Source: an uncultured Pseudomonadota bacterium (GTDB lineage Bacteria; Oederibacteriota; Muellerivitia; Muellerivitales; Muellerivitaceae). Taken from it: a DNA stretch of 64,000 nucleotides. The translations under genes and the position numbers were made by a program. The stretch is taken from contig CAWJKT010000001.1 in the NCBI GenBank assembly GCA_963843375.1, positions 96,001-160,000 of the forward strand, written 5' to 3'. The notes under the pieces were generated by a model. The model had not been told where the DNA came from. It was given only the letters and a program-made list of their open reading frames with translations, and did no database searches. This document shows positions 31,267-42,038 of this stretch, piece by piece; the stretch's first letter is position 1, and each line of letters opens with the position of its first letter.

Positions 31267-33350
31267 TGAACGGCTGGCTCCAGCTTCTCTTCCAAACCTC
31301 GTTCCGGAATATCTTTTCCAGTTTCCTGAACATGGTAATCGGGTTCATCATTTTGGCAGGCACCTTCTTCTTCGTGGTAGGCGGTTCGCTTGTGGATAGC
31401 ATGGACAAGGCCATGAGCCGGAGCATCATCGGCTCGGTGGCGGGCAACGCCCAGGTTTACGAAGCCTCTTCCCAGGATTCCCCGGCCCTCTTCGAGAGCT
31501 GGCAAATCCCCGACCTGGACCCTATTCCGGATTTTTCCAAAATCAAGGAACCGCTGATGTCCGACCCCAACGTTCAAAGCGTGGTGCCGGAGGGCATCAA
31601 CACCGCTATCGTGGTTTACGGTAATACAATCGATCAAATCTTGGAAAAGCTCCGAAAAGCCGAATCGCCGGGAACCCGTGAGCCCAAAGAAGTCGTCGAG
31701 AGCCTCAAAGCCCACGTTCGGCACATGGTTTCGGTTATCCAGACCGATATGGGAAAGGTTAGCCAAATCTCCTCTAACGGCGCCTTCGACCCGGACGCCA
31801 ACCAAAACCTAGCTAAGGCCTCTTCAGACGCTTTTTGGAACAGCTTCGACCAGGACCCCTTCAACCACCTGGAATTCCTGGAAAACAAGATCGCCTATCT
31901 CATCCCGGACTCGGACCAGATTTTTCTTTCTTATGTGGGCACGGACTTGGACGCCTTCGCCAAGTCTTTCGACCGCATGCAGATTGTCGATGGACAGATG
32001 GTGCCGCCAGGGCACCGGGGCATGCTCCTTTCCAAATACGTTTACGAGGAAATGTTCAAGCTCAAGTCGGCCCATCGGCTGGATCAAATCCATGAGGCCC
32101 TGACCGAAAAGGGCAAGAAAATCGCCAAGGATCCGGACCTGCAGGATTTGGTGAAACAGAACAAACTCGAGACCCGCGAAATCGTTCTCCAATTAGATCC
32201 GCTTTCCAGCCAGAAGGCGGTGTCTGTTTTACAGGCAACCCTCAATTCCAAAGAAACCGACCTGCCAAAACTGCTCTCGCAGTTCTTCGACACCGACGAC
32301 TCCGATTTTGAGGCCCGCTACAAGGTCTTCTACGATCAATTGGCGCCCTTAGTGGATCTTTACCGATTAAAGCCCGGCGAGATGCTTACCATTAAGGCCT
32401 ATACCAAAGCAGGTTCAGTGGAGGCGGTCAATGTGAAGATTTATGGTACCTTCCAGTTTAAAGGGCTGGAAAAGTCAGGTTTGGCGGGGGGCCTGAGTCT
32501 CATGGACCTCATGAGCTTTCGAGACCTCTACGGTTACGTAACGCCCGAAAAGATGGCCGAAACCCAGTCGCTGGAAAAAGCCGCGGGAGTCAAGTTTGTG
32601 TCCCGCGACCAGGCGGAGGCCGACCTTTTTGGGGGCGTCTCCTCTGATGTGGAGCAAAGCCAGCAGAAGGCCATCAACGACAAGGCGGAGATGGGCGGCG
32701 GGGTCAAGGTCCAGAGGGTCGATTTAACCCAGCAGGTCTACAGCCAGGATGAAATGGAAAAGGGAGTGGCCATGGGAGCCGCCATCCTCCTCAAGGATCC
32801 ATCCCAACTGAAGGAAACGATGAAGCGACTTCAGTTTCTTTGCGACCAGAAAAAGCTAGGCCTCAAGGTCATCGATTGGCAAAAGGCGGCGGGCAACCTG
32901 GGCCAGTTCGTCTTCGTGGCCAAATTCATCCTCTACTTTGCCACCTTCATCATCTTCGTGGTGGCGTTGGTCATCATCAACAACGCGGTGGTCATGGCCA
33001 CCCTTCAGAGGGTGAGGGAAATTGGAACCATGCGGGCAATCGGGGCGCGCAAAGGATTTGTTCTGGCCATGGTCCTCACCGAAACGGTGGTGCTGGGGTT
33101 GGTCTTCGGCACGGCGGGCTCGGCATTGGGAAGCAGTTTTGTCCTTTGGCTCAACCATGCGGGTATCCCGGCGGGTAACGAGTTCCTTTATTTCTTCTTC
33201 TCGGGGCCGAGGCTCTATCCCTACCTGAACCTGGGAAGTCTCATCGGGGCCTTCATCGTGGTAGTCATCGTCACCTGCGTCTCGGCGCTATACCCCGCCA
33301 TCATGGCGACGAAGGTTTCACCTATTGAGGCCATGGCCTCGGATGAATAA
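31266..33350 (+). CDS. ABC transporter permease, FtsX/LolE-like, with large periplasmic insertion
   Basis: N-terminal TM, large periplasmic domain and QRVREIGTMRAIGA followed by 3 TM. Overlaps the stop of the ATPase (TAATG). Confidence 0.88.
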   Translation: MNGWLQLLFQTSFRNIFSSFLNMVIGFIILAGTFFFVVGGSLVDSMDKAMSRSIIGSVAGNAQVYEASSQDSPALFESWQIPDLDPIPDFSKIKEPLMSDPNVQSVVPEGINTAIVVYGNTIDQILEKLRKAESPGTREPKEVVESLKAHVRHMVSVIQTDMGKVSQISSNGAFDPDANQNLAKASSDAFWNSFDQDPFNHLEFLENKIAYLIPDSDQIFLSYVGTDLDAFAKSFDRMQIVDGQMVPPGHRGMLLSKYVYEEMFKLKSAHRLDQIHEALTEKGKKIAKDPDLQDLVKQNKLETREIVLQLDPLSSQKAVSVLQATLNSKETDLPKLLSQFFDTDDSDFEARYKVFYDQLAPLVDLYRLKPGEMLTIKAYTKAGSVEAVNVKIYGTFQFKGLEKSGLAGGLSLMDLMSFRDLYGYVTPEKMAETQSLEKAAGVKFVSRDQAEADLFGGVSSDVEQSQQKAINDKAEMGGGVKVQRVDLTQQVYSQDEMEKGVAMGAAILLKDPSQLKETMKRLQFLCDQKKLGLKVIDWQKAAGNLGQFVFVAKFILYFATFIIFVVALVIINNAVVMATLQRVREIGTMRAIGARKGFVLAMVLTETVVLGLVFGTAGSALGSSFVLWLNHAGIPAGNEFLYFFFSGPRLYPYLNLGSLIGAFIVVVIVTCVSALYPAIMATKVSPIEAMASDE

Positions 33351-33374
33351 GGAAATAACATTGGGGAGTCGGGA

Positions 33375-34676
33375 ATGAATCAACTATTGCTTATCGCTTT
33401 TCGCAATCTCATCAGTCATGGAAAGCGAAGCCTCTTTTTAGGCGGCGCCATCACAGGGGTAACGGCCCTGTTGGTCTTTCTGGGATGCCTTTCCTCGGGC
33501 GTTAAGCAGACCATGCTGGACGCGGCCAAGACCGTGGCCACCGGAGACCTGAACGTGGGCGGTTATTACAAGGTGACGGCGGGCCAAAGCGCGCCGCTGG
33601 TCACCGACTACAAGAAAATCCAAGCCATCATCGAAAAGACCCTGCCGGACCTGGACTTCGTGACCGCCCGGGGCCGGGGCTGGGCCCGGTTGGTATCCGA
33701 TCAGTCCAGCATGCAGGTGGGCATTGCCGGGGTGGAGATGGCCCATGAGCCTCGCCTGCCCCAGGTGCTCAAGATGAAAGAGGGCAACCTGCAGGATTTG
33801 GCCAAACCGGGTAACATCCTCATCTTCGAGAGCCAGGCGAAGAAGTTGAAGGTAAAGACCGGCGACAACATGGTCTTTTCCGTGCTCACCGACAGGGGCG
33901 TGAATAACACGGTGGATGTGCGGGTCTGTGGTGTGGCGGAAGACATGGGACTCCTCACCTCTTGGAATGTCTTTTTGCCCCAGGAGACCCTGAATCGGCT
34001 TGACCAGACAAATGATTCCACTACCGGCGCCCTGCTTATCTACCTGAAAGATATGAAGCGTATCCCCCAAGACATGGACCTGCTCCGCAAAGCCCTGTCG
34101 GAGGGGGGCTATCTGGTGGCTGACCGGGAAAGCAAGGCCTTCTGGATGAAGATGCAGGAAGTGAATAAAGAGGAATGGACCGGACAAAAGCTGGATGTGA
34201 CCACCTGGGATGATGAGATCAGTTACGTTACCTGGACGCTTCAGGCCATTGACGGTTTAAGCTTCCTTTTGACCTCCGTACTGTTGGTCATCATCGCGGT
34301 GGGCATTATGAACAGCCTCTGGATTGCCATCCGCGAGCGCACCCGGGAAATCGGAACGCTTCGCGCCATCGGTATGCGGCGGCACCTGGTGATGCTCATG
34401 TTCGTTCTGGAGGCCTTTTGCCTGGGGGTTTTAGGCACGGCGGCGGGGGCGTTCCTCGGAAGCCTGGGGGCTGTTTTCATGAACGCCCTTCATATTCCCG
34501 TGCCGGCGGGAGCCCAGTTTTTCACTATGTCCAGCACCCTGAAATTCGCGCTGGACCCCGCTCGTATTTTCGGCGGGGCAATGGTCATCACCGTCTGCTG
34601 CACTCTGGTTTCGCTGATTCCTTCGTTCAAAGCCGCGCGGATGAGACCCGTCACGGCCATATCCCATGTCGGTTAA
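33375..34676 (+). CDS. ABC transporter permease, FtsX/LolC-like
   Basis: IAFRNL, ERTREIGTLRAIGM and the C-terminal P..KAARMRPVTAI. Confidence 0.9.
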   Translation: MNQLLLIAFRNLISHGKRSLFLGGAITGVTALLVFLGCLSSGVKQTMLDAAKTVATGDLNVGGYYKVTAGQSAPLVTDYKKIQAIIEKTLPDLDFVTARGRGWARLVSDQSSMQVGIAGVEMAHEPRLPQVLKMKEGNLQDLAKPGNILIFESQAKKLKVKTGDNMVFSVLTDRGVNNTVDVRVCGVAEDMGLLTSWNVFLPQETLNRLDQTNDSTTGALLIYLKDMKRIPQDMDLLRKALSEGGYLVADRESKAFWMKMQEVNKEEWTGQKLDVTTWDDEISYVTWTLQAIDGLSFLLTSVLLVIIAVGIMNSLWIAIRERTREIGTLRAIGMRRHLVMLMFVLEAFCLGVLGTAAGAFLGSLGAVFMNALHIPVPAGAQFFTMSSTLKFALDPARIFGGAMVITVCCTLVSLIPSFKAARMRPVTAISHVG

Positions 34677-34684
34677 GGAGAGGT

Positions 34685-35509
34685 ATGAAAGACAACTCGC
34701 GTTTGACAGAACAAAATTCGAAGAGAAAAAAAATCGAGGGTTTGTTGCTTTGGACTGCGGTTCTTATAGCTTTGCCGATGTCGGTTTTCGCCGGGACGAT
34801 AACCAAAGACCAGATGGTTGACGTCCTGAAGGGCATCGATCAGCGCATCCGAAGCGGCGGGGATTACAAGGCTCTGGTTTACTTGGAACAGCACCAAAAG
34901 GATAAGCCGGACATCGCCCAGGAAGCCCTGGTCTACCGCCGGGATGCGGATCAAAAACTGATGATCCTTTTTACAAAGCCCAAGACTGATGCGGGAAAGG
35001 GTTACCTGCGGGTGGACCGGAACCTTTGGTATTACGATCCCACAGTTGGAAAATGGGAGCGGCGCACGGACCGGGAGCGTATCGGCGGGACCGACTCGGA
35101 CCGTCAGGATTTCGACCAGTCCGATCTGGCCAATGAGTATGACCCGGCCTTCGCCGGCGAAGAAAAGCTGGGCAACTTCGACGTCTGGCACCTGAAGCTC
35201 ACCGTCAAGCCGGGCGTAGACGTGGCCTATCCCCTGGTGGAGTTCTGGGTGGATGAGGCCACCGGCAATTATCTTAAGCGCCAGGATTTCGCTCTTTCGG
35301 GCCGCTTGATGCGCACCAGCTATGACCCCAAATGGGACAAACTTTACAGCGAAAGCAAGAAAGCGGACCAATGGTTCCCGCATGAAATCCACATTTACGA
35401 CGAAATCGACAAGGGCAATTCCACCCTGGTCATCATTCAGTCGGTGGATCTTTCGGCCCTTCCGGAAAACATGTTCACGAAGGCGTGGTTGGAAACGAAA
35501 AGCCGGTAA
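34685..35509 (+). CDS. Outer-membrane lipoprotein-sorting protein (LolA-like)
   Basis: AAGGAG RBS, ILFTKPKTDAGKGYL...NLWYYDP...IGGTD...DF, typical of LolA-like proteins in this operon type. Confidence 0.8.
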   Translation: MKDNSRLTEQNSKRKKIEGLLLWTAVLIALPMSVFAGTITKDQMVDVLKGIDQRIRSGGDYKALVYLEQHQKDKPDIAQEALVYRRDADQKLMILFTKPKTDAGKGYLRVDRNLWYYDPTVGKWERRTDRERIGGTDSDRQDFDQSDLANEYDPAFAGEEKLGNFDVWHLKLTVKPGVDVAYPLVEFWVDEATGNYLKRQDFALSGRLMRTSYDPKWDKLYSESKKADQWFPHEIHIYDEIDKGNSTLVIIQSVDLSALPENMFTKAWLETKSR

Positions 35510-35523
35510 GTGAAAGGCACTTG

Positions 35524-36831
35524 ATGAATCGGTTATATTTCCTGGTTTGCATTTTTTGGTTGGCTGCGGGGTTTTCCTGGGCGCAAAACCGGCCCTCGGA
35601 AGCCGAAATGTTCGGCGGGAATTCTTCCACCCCCACGCCTTCGTCAACGGTACAAGCCACTCCCAGCGGGTTTAGCCAAAGCCCGGCTTCAAAGGATTCC
35701 GAGGAAATGACACTGAAACCTCACGCCCTTTTGACCTCGGCGGAGGAAAACACCCAAATCGGCGGGACCCTTTCCACCGAGGCGGATTATTACATACAAA
35801 AGGGAACGCCCTTGGATCAGGATCTCATCAGCAATCCCAACATTCTCTTTCTTTACCTGGATTCCAAACTGGAGAATGACAGCCGAGTTTTCGCTCGCAT
35901 CCGTACCTTCTACGATCCTACTGGGGTTTCCAGTGGCAACCCCACCACCAGCAGTTACACCAACCCTTATGGATTCAGCAACGGCACGAGTGATAATTTG
36001 TCGGTACAGCTTCAGGAATTGAGGATTTCCACCAACATCGACCATGAGCTCTTCTTCACCATCGGCCGCCAAAAGGTGAAATACGGCGCGGCCAAGTTCT
36101 TTAATCCCACCGACTTCCTCAATTCCCAGCCTTACGACTTTTTTCTTCCCTCGGACGAAAGAACGGGAGTGGACATGGTGAAGATGCAGATTCCCTCCGG
36201 TACCGCCAACCTTTACGCGGCGGGCCTCACTGGCGATCCCACCAACGGCAATCCCGCCGGGGGATATTTCCGCGGGGAGTTGGGCTACGATGGCTTCGCC
36301 AATTTCTTGGAAAGCGGTGAGATATCACTCTCTGGCTACCTGCCCAAGGGCCAATCGGGCCGGGGAGGCTTCGATATTTCCCAAGGGGTGGGAGACCTGG
36401 ACGTCTATTTCGAGGGTGCGGCGGGACAGAACTCCGGCGGCGGTTGGGTAGGGGCCTTCAGCACGGGAGCCGATTGGGATACCCGCTACGGGGACCAGCA
36501 GACCGAAATCGTGACCTTTGAAGCGGAATTTGCCGATTATCCCACGGTAAGTACGGGATCCAGTTTCGAGGCCTTTTCCTCGACCCAATTCGGGATTTTT
36601 TCCATCGATTTGGCGGGACCTTTCCGGCTGAATGATATCACTTTTGCGGAGACCAATCTTTACGACTTCAACGGTGAAAGCGGCTATTCCCGCCTGGACA
36701 CGGTCTGCCAGTTCACTGATCGCATCAGCGGGCGGGTCTATGTCGCGGCACCGTGGGGAAGCACGGGAGGCACCTTCAACCAATTCGGCCTTCTGGCCCA
36801 AACGGGTGCCCGCATGGACGTTAATTTTTAG
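35524..36831 (+). CDS. Putative outer-membrane beta-barrel protein of the ABC-LolA-like cluster
   Basis: Signal peptide, RPSEAEMFG, TIGRQKVKYGAAKFFNPTDFLN and C-terminal Phe. Confidence 0.7.
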   Translation: MNRLYFLVCIFWLAAGFSWAQNRPSEAEMFGGNSSTPTPSSTVQATPSGFSQSPASKDSEEMTLKPHALLTSAEENTQIGGTLSTEADYYIQKGTPLDQDLISNPNILFLYLDSKLENDSRVFARIRTFYDPTGVSSGNPTTSSYTNPYGFSNGTSDNLSVQLQELRISTNIDHELFFTIGRQKVKYGAAKFFNPTDFLNSQPYDFFLPSDERTGVDMVKMQIPSGTANLYAAGLTGDPTNGNPAGGYFRGELGYDGFANFLESGEISLSGYLPKGQSGRGGFDISQGVGDLDVYFEGAAGQNSGGGWVGAFSTGADWDTRYGDQQTEIVTFEAEFADYPTVSTGSSFEAFSSTQFGIFSIDLAGPFRLNDITFAETNLYDFNGESGYSRLDTVCQFTDRISGRVYVAAPWGSTGGTFNQFGLLAQTGARMDVNF

Positions 36832-36947
36832 CCTATTTTTCCCCAATCTTTAAATGAGTTATAGGACATAGATTTTTTCGTATTAACAGGTTTCACTCTT
36901 CAGTTAGATAATGAAATCTTTGGTACAACCCTTAAAGGATTCCTCTC

Positions 36948-39848
36948 GTGAAAAAAATCGCATGGAAGATCGTGTCATGTTTTTTGATGGCTCTCGTGAC
37001 TTCTCAAATCGAAGCTTTAGAACCGGCATCGTCTCGGGAACACCTGCTCATGGATTTCGGATGGCGTTTCGCGCTGGGTCATGCCACCGACCCGGACAAG
37101 GATTTCGGGTTCGGGACCGGTTACTTCTCCTACTTGGCCAAGGCGGGTTATGGGGACGGTCCTGCCGACTCAAAGTTTGACGACCGGGCCTGGCGGCTGA
37201 TCAACCTGCCCCATGACTGGGCGGTGGAACAGCCCTTTGACGAGAAGGCCAGCTTCAGCCACGGGTATAAGGCCGTCGGCCGGGCCTTTCCTGAGGCCAG
37301 CGTGGGCTGGTACCGCAAAACCTTTTTCATCCCCAAGACCGACCAGGGTCGGCGTATCAGCATTGAGTTCGATGGCGTCTACCGGGATGCGGTCGTATTT
37401 GTGAATGGTTTTTACATGGGCCGGGAGGAAAGCGGTTACAACAATTTCCGTTACGATATTACCGACGTGCTCAATTACGGTGGTCAGAACACAGTAGCGG
37501 TGCGGGTGGACGCGACCATGGAGGAAGGTTGGTTTTACGAGGGCGCGGGAATTTACCGGCATGTCTGGTTGACCAAAACAGCGCCCTTGCACTTAGATTA
37601 CAACGGGACATCTATAACTTCAGAATCGGGGGAAAATTCGGCACAGGTTACCGCTCGCGCCACATTGGTTGATGAGGGAGTCGACGAAAGCGGATTTTGA
37701 AATTGACCAGGAAATTTTAGATGGGGTGGGAAAACCAGTCGTCTCAGAAAGCCAAAAAGGGTTGTCGCTGGAACCGGGAGCGAGAGGAGAATTTCCCATC
37801 CAAATCCAAATATCTCAACCCAAACTCTGGTCTCTGGAATCACCTTACCTCTATAAGCTTGTTACGACCGTCAAATCCGGCGGGGAAATAGTGGACCGGA
37901 CTGAGACCACTTTTGGTATCCGTACCATCACCTTCGATCCCGATAAGGGTATGTTCCTCAACGGTCAGCATGTGGAACTAAAGGGAACCTCCAACCATCA
38001 GGATCATGCCGGGGTGGGGGTGGCCCTGCCGGACGCTCTGCAGTATTTCCGAATCAAGAAACTCAAGGAAATGGGATGCAACGCCTACCGTTGCGCCCAC
38101 AATCCACCCACGCCTGAACTGTTGAACGCCTGTGACAAACTGGGCATGCTGGTGCTGGTCGAGAACCGCCTGATGGGTACGAGTCCGGAGATTTTTGACC
38201 GCTTGAAGCGAATGGTCCTGCTGGACCGAAATCACCCCTGCGTTTTTGCCTGGTCATTGGGCAATGAGGAATGGGTCATTGAGGGCAACGAGAAGGGGGC
38301 CCAGATCGTCCCGCCCATGCAGGATTTCGTGAAGCGGCTTGATCCCACCCGCAGGGTGACGGCGGCGGACAGCGGGGGATGGGGAAAGGGCACCTCTACC
38401 GTCATCGACCTGATGGGGTACAACTATTACGAGCATGGCAACATGGACGAACAGCACAAGGATTTCCCCAACCAGCCCAGTATGGCCACGGAAGAAAGCG
38501 ATACCCACCAGACCCGTGGTATCTATGACGACAGCCAATACGCCCATATGGCGCCCAGCGACCTCAAGGCCGAGGGGGCCAGTATCGAAAAAATTTGGAA
38601 ATACTACATGGAAAGGCCTTATCTTTCAGGACTCTTTCTTATGGACGGGTTTCGACTACAGGGGTGAGGAAAATCCATTCCATTTTCCGGCCATCGCTTC
38701 CCAGTACGGAGTCTTCGACCTTTGCGGTTTTCCAAAGGATTGCTACGACTACCTGAAGGCTTGGTGGACAGAGGAGCCGGTTCTTTTTCTTTCGCCACAT
38801 TGGAATTGGCCGGGAAAGGAAGGCCAGAATATCCAGGTTCGGGCTTTCAGCAATTGCGATGAAGTGGAATTCTTCCTAAACGGCAAGAGCTTGGGGAAAG
38901 AAGCCATGCCGGTCAATTCCCATTTGGAATGGCAGGTTCCCTATGAGCCGGGGATTCTTTCGGCCAAAGGTTATAAGGATGGAAAAGTCGTGGCCACGGC
39001 CAAGCAGGAAAGCACGGATGAACCAGCATCAGTCGCGCTCGTTCCCGACCGCGTCCCAGATTAAGGCGGATGGAGAGGATGTTTCAGTGGTGACGGTGGA
39101 AGTGAAGGACAAAAAGGGAAGGCCTATCCCTACAGCGGGTAATGAAATCCGCTTCTCCCTGGAAGGGCCGGGAAAAATTATAGGGGTGGGGAATGGAGAC
39201 CCATCATGTCATCAGCCGGACAAATACTTCGAGACCGTTTCCCAAATAAAGCTTCTGGGACCCAAAATGATGAATGGGGGCCTGTTGGGAAAAAGGCCTG
39301 AGGTGGAGTATGACCTGCCGGATGAATCCAAATGGCCGGATCTCTTCCAAGGCCGAAACGATGACCAGGGGGAGGTCAGCAAAGATAAGCCGTCTGTCCG
39401 GGTCATTCGTTGCCGGTTTTATCTGCCACAGTTGGATGAATACAGCGAGATAACATTGTTTCCTAAAAGCATCGTGGAGGGTCAGGCCATTTATGTGAAC
39501 GGACACTTGATCGTCGACAAGATCAAGCGTGATGATCCCGGCAGAGCTTATGCGCTTCCGAAGTCCATTTTAAGAAAGGGCCGCAATATCTATGCGGTGA
39601 TAGGGACGGAGCTGTTGAGGCGCTGGAAATGGGAAAATCTGAATGACGACCCCGGGTCCATCCGCACCGTGATCCCCGCAGGCCAGTGGAAACGAAGCCT
39701 CTTTTCCGGATTGGCCCAAGTGATCGTGCAGTCGGATAAAAAAGCGGGGGCAATTGTGCTGAAGGCTACTTCCGATGGACTTGAGGGAACGGTATTGAAA
39801 CTGGAGTCCCAAAATGCATCTTTGAGACCCTCGATACCCGCTCAATAA
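36948..39848 (+). CDS. Glycoside hydrolase family 2 (beta-galactosidase-like), secreted; three frameshifts (near 37685, 38637, 39050)
   Basis: LPHDW, GWYRKTF, IEFDGVY, WFYEGAGIYRHVWL, FGIR, HQDHAGVG, DRNHP...WSLGNEE, WTGFDYRGE, PHWNW, FSNCDEVE and GVGNGDP. Confidence 0.92.
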
Positions 39849-39878
39849 CCTGAAGATATTTTGCGATTGGAATAAAAT

Positions 39879-40577
39879 CTAAAGAAGAGCCGCGAACCGG
39901 CTAAAAACTTTTTCACCGATGACTCGGAGGTTTTTGGCTTTTTCGGAAAGGTGATCCTCGATTCGTTCGGGGCGGTTAGGCCCGCCCGAAGGCGTTAATT
40001 CCTTCGCATAAATTGTGGCCCAGCTTTTCACCATTTCTTCTGTAACCTCCAAGTGGCATTGGAAACCATATGCGTTATTTCCTACCCTGTAAATTTGATT
40101 GGGATAATAGTGGTTTCCAGCTAGGCGTACGGCGTTGGTAGGAAGCGTGAAGGTGTCACCGTGCCAGTGAAAGGCCTCGAATTCCTGGGGAACTTCCAAG
40201 AATAGCGGATCGAGCTGGCCCTCCGGGGTCAGCTTGATGGGATACCAACCCACTTCAGGTTGGGCGCCACGAAAAACCTGACCGCCCGAGGCGTGAGCCA
40301 GCATCTGGGAGCCCAGGCAGATTCCCAAAACCGGAAGCGAAGAGGCTAGGCAATGGCGAATGGCGTTAAGTTCCGCCGTCATCCACGGAAAGTCCCTCTG
40401 CTCATAAACTCCCATGGGGCCGCCGAGGATTATGAGGCCATCCCCCAAAAGTTCCGGTATGGGGTCACCCTTGAAGGGTTTTAAGATTTCTACTTCCACC
40501 CTCTTGATTTTTAGGACATCCGACAGGTATCCGAGACCTTCACAATCAATGTGCTGTAAACATGTGATATGGGGCAT
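39879..40577 (-). CDS. Type 1 glutamine amidotransferase (GMP synthase-like)
   Basis: LQH...EGLG, ILGGPMGVY, LGICLGSQ, FHWHGDTF and FQCHLE. Confidence 0.9.
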   Translation of the reverse strand: MPHITCLQHIDCEGLGYLSDVLKIKRVEVEILKPFKGDPIPELLGDGLIILGGPMGVYEQRDFPWMTAELNAIRHCLASSLPVLGICLGSQMLAHASGGQVFRGAQPEVGWYPIKLTPEGQLDPLFLEVPQEFEAFHWHGDTFTLPTNAVRLAGNHYYPNQIYRVGNNAYGFQCHLEVTEEMVKSWATIYAKELTPSGGPNRPERIEDHLSEKAKNLRVIGEKVFSRFAALL

Positions 40578-40636
40578 GGGTTTCTCCTAGCTTGGGAATG
40601 TGGCATTTTATCCTATCTATTCCATTTAAAGCCAGT

Positions 40637-40729
40637 TAACCACCGGGGTCGACCCGGGTTTGGCTGAGGCGCAGGGAGGTTGTCCTCTTGAATTAATTTT
40701 TTTTGCGCCATGGGTGAACTTGGTGGTAA
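40637..40729. repeat. Imperfect long inverted repeat (REP-like), similar to 12451-12584
   Basis: TAACCACC...GACCC...GGCGCAG pairs with TTGCGCC...GGGTGAACTTGGTGGTAA. Confidence 0.45.
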
Positions 40730-40789
40730 AAATGTCTTAGCCTTTAGAATGATAGAAGGTTTTTGAGTTCAACGAGGAGGATGCCGAAA

Positions 40790-41480
40790 ATGTTATTCAA
40801 CGTCCCGGATGTTATTAATCCTGAACAGGTGGCCCAAATCCGCCAGAAACTGGAAAAGGCTGAGTGGGTGGACGGGCAGGCTGACCGCGGGGCCTCAAGC
40901 GGCGAAAGTGAAGAGCAACAGGGAACTCAAGAAGGGCCAGCCTGCCGAATTGGAGGCCGGAGCCATGATCCGGTCCGCGCTGGAGCAAAACAAAGTCTTT
41001 AACATGGTTTCCTTGTCCTTCAAGGTGTCTCCGCCGCTATTCAACCGTTACGAGGGAGGACAGACCTACGGTCCCCATATCGACAACGCCATCCGTCAAG
41101 CCCCGGACCAGTCAGGGCGACATCTGCGGATGCGCAGCGATCTTTCGGCAACTCTTTTCCTTTCCAACCCAGAGGATTACGATGGCGGCGAGTTGGTAGT
41201 CGAGGATACTTATGGTATCCGACAGGTCAAACTTCCAGCGGGGCACATGGTGCTTTATCCAGCCAGCAGCCTGCATGAGGTGAAAACGGTAACGCGCGGG
41301 ACAAGAATGGCTGCCTTTTTTTGGATCCAAAGCATGGTGCGTGACGAGGGGAAACGAAGCCTTTTAGTGGAACTGGAACTGGCGGTCCAGACGCTTCACC
41401 GCGACCATCCGGACCATCCCTCCCTTGTCCATTTCACGGGTATTTACAATAATCTCCTGAGGCGTTGGGCAGAAGTTTGA
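40790..41480 (+). CDS. PKHD-type Fe(II)/2-oxoglutarate hydroxylase (PiuC/YbiX family); +1 shift near 40876
   Basis: WVDG(R)LTAG.QAAKVK.N, PPLFNRY, HIDNA, RSDLSATLFLSNPEDYDGGEL, VLYPASSLHEV and RMAAFFWIQSMVRD. Confidence 0.9.
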
Positions 41481-41554
41481 GGTTAGAGGGAATGGGTATC
41501 TTTATTTGTTGCCGAAAAGCGGGAAGGTGGCTTAAACTTGTAAGGAATAAAATT

Positions 41555-41606
41555 AAGGCGATGGAGTTCGCCACAACCGTCTCTTTGAGAGGCCGATGAC
41601 TCCTAT
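41555..41606 (+). ncRNA. Fluoride riboswitch (crcB motif)
   Basis: GGCGATGGAGTTCGCC-ACAACCGTCTCTTTGAGAGGC-CGATGACTCCTA matches the crcB motif, with pseudoknot GGAGT/ACTCC. It lies directly upstream of crcB. Confidence 0.95.
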
Positions 41607-41636
41607 CCCCACCTGGGGATAGGAGTTTTTTATTTT
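41599..41636 (+). terminator. Riboswitch expression-platform terminator
   Basis: ACTCCTATCCCC-acct-GGGGATAGGAGT followed by a T-run. Its 5' arm overlaps the 3' end of the aptamer. Confidence 0.9.
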
Positions 41637-41653
41637 GGGGCCAAGGAGGGCCT

Positions 41654-42025
41654 ATGGAAAAATATTTTTTAATTGCCGCCGGAGCAATCCCTGGGGCATT
41701 TTTTCGTTACTGGTTGACTCTATGGTCCGCCAACCAATGGGGTTCTAATTTTGCCTATGGCACCCTCATCATTAATCTCATAGGGTCTTTTATTCTGGGG
41801 TTGTTTTTTCCCCTTTTGGACAAGGGACTTTTCCCCCCTAACGCGCGGTATTTGGTGGCGGTAGGATGGTGTGCCACTTTTACCACCTATTCCACCTTTA
41901 GTTGGGACACTTTCCGATATCTCCAAGAAGGAAACTTGAAATTAGCCGTTTTGAACATTACATTCACATTACTGGGCTGTTTGGTTGCCACTTGGGCCGG
42001 GTTTACCATCGCCAAAGTCCTGTAG
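41654..42025 (+). CDS. crcB: Fluoride channel Fluc/CrcB
   Basis: GAIPGAFFRY, YGTLIINLIGSFILG and GWCATFTTYSTF. Fluoride riboswitch upstream. Confidence 0.95.
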   Translation: MEKYFLIAAGAIPGAFFRYWLTLWSANQWGSNFAYGTLIINLIGSFILGLFFPLLDKGLFPPNARYLVAVGWCATFTTYSTFSWDTFRYLQEGNLKLAVLNITFTLLGCLVATWAGFTIAKVL

Positions 42026-42038
42026 GAAAGAGAGAAAA

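Noticed and set aside
3179..41480. Mass pseudogenisation or programmed frameshifting (REC, P450, binding protein, MCP, pgi, nrdJ, ABC ATPase, GH2, PKHD hydroxylase)
   Set aside because: The breaks hit core genes whose motifs are otherwise intact. Those I inspected are single extra bases, mostly in short runs (AAGGGGC in pgi, AACTTTC in nrdJ, GACGGGC in the hydroxylase), with no shared slippery motif. Long-read indel error is the best explanation, and read mapping would confirm it.
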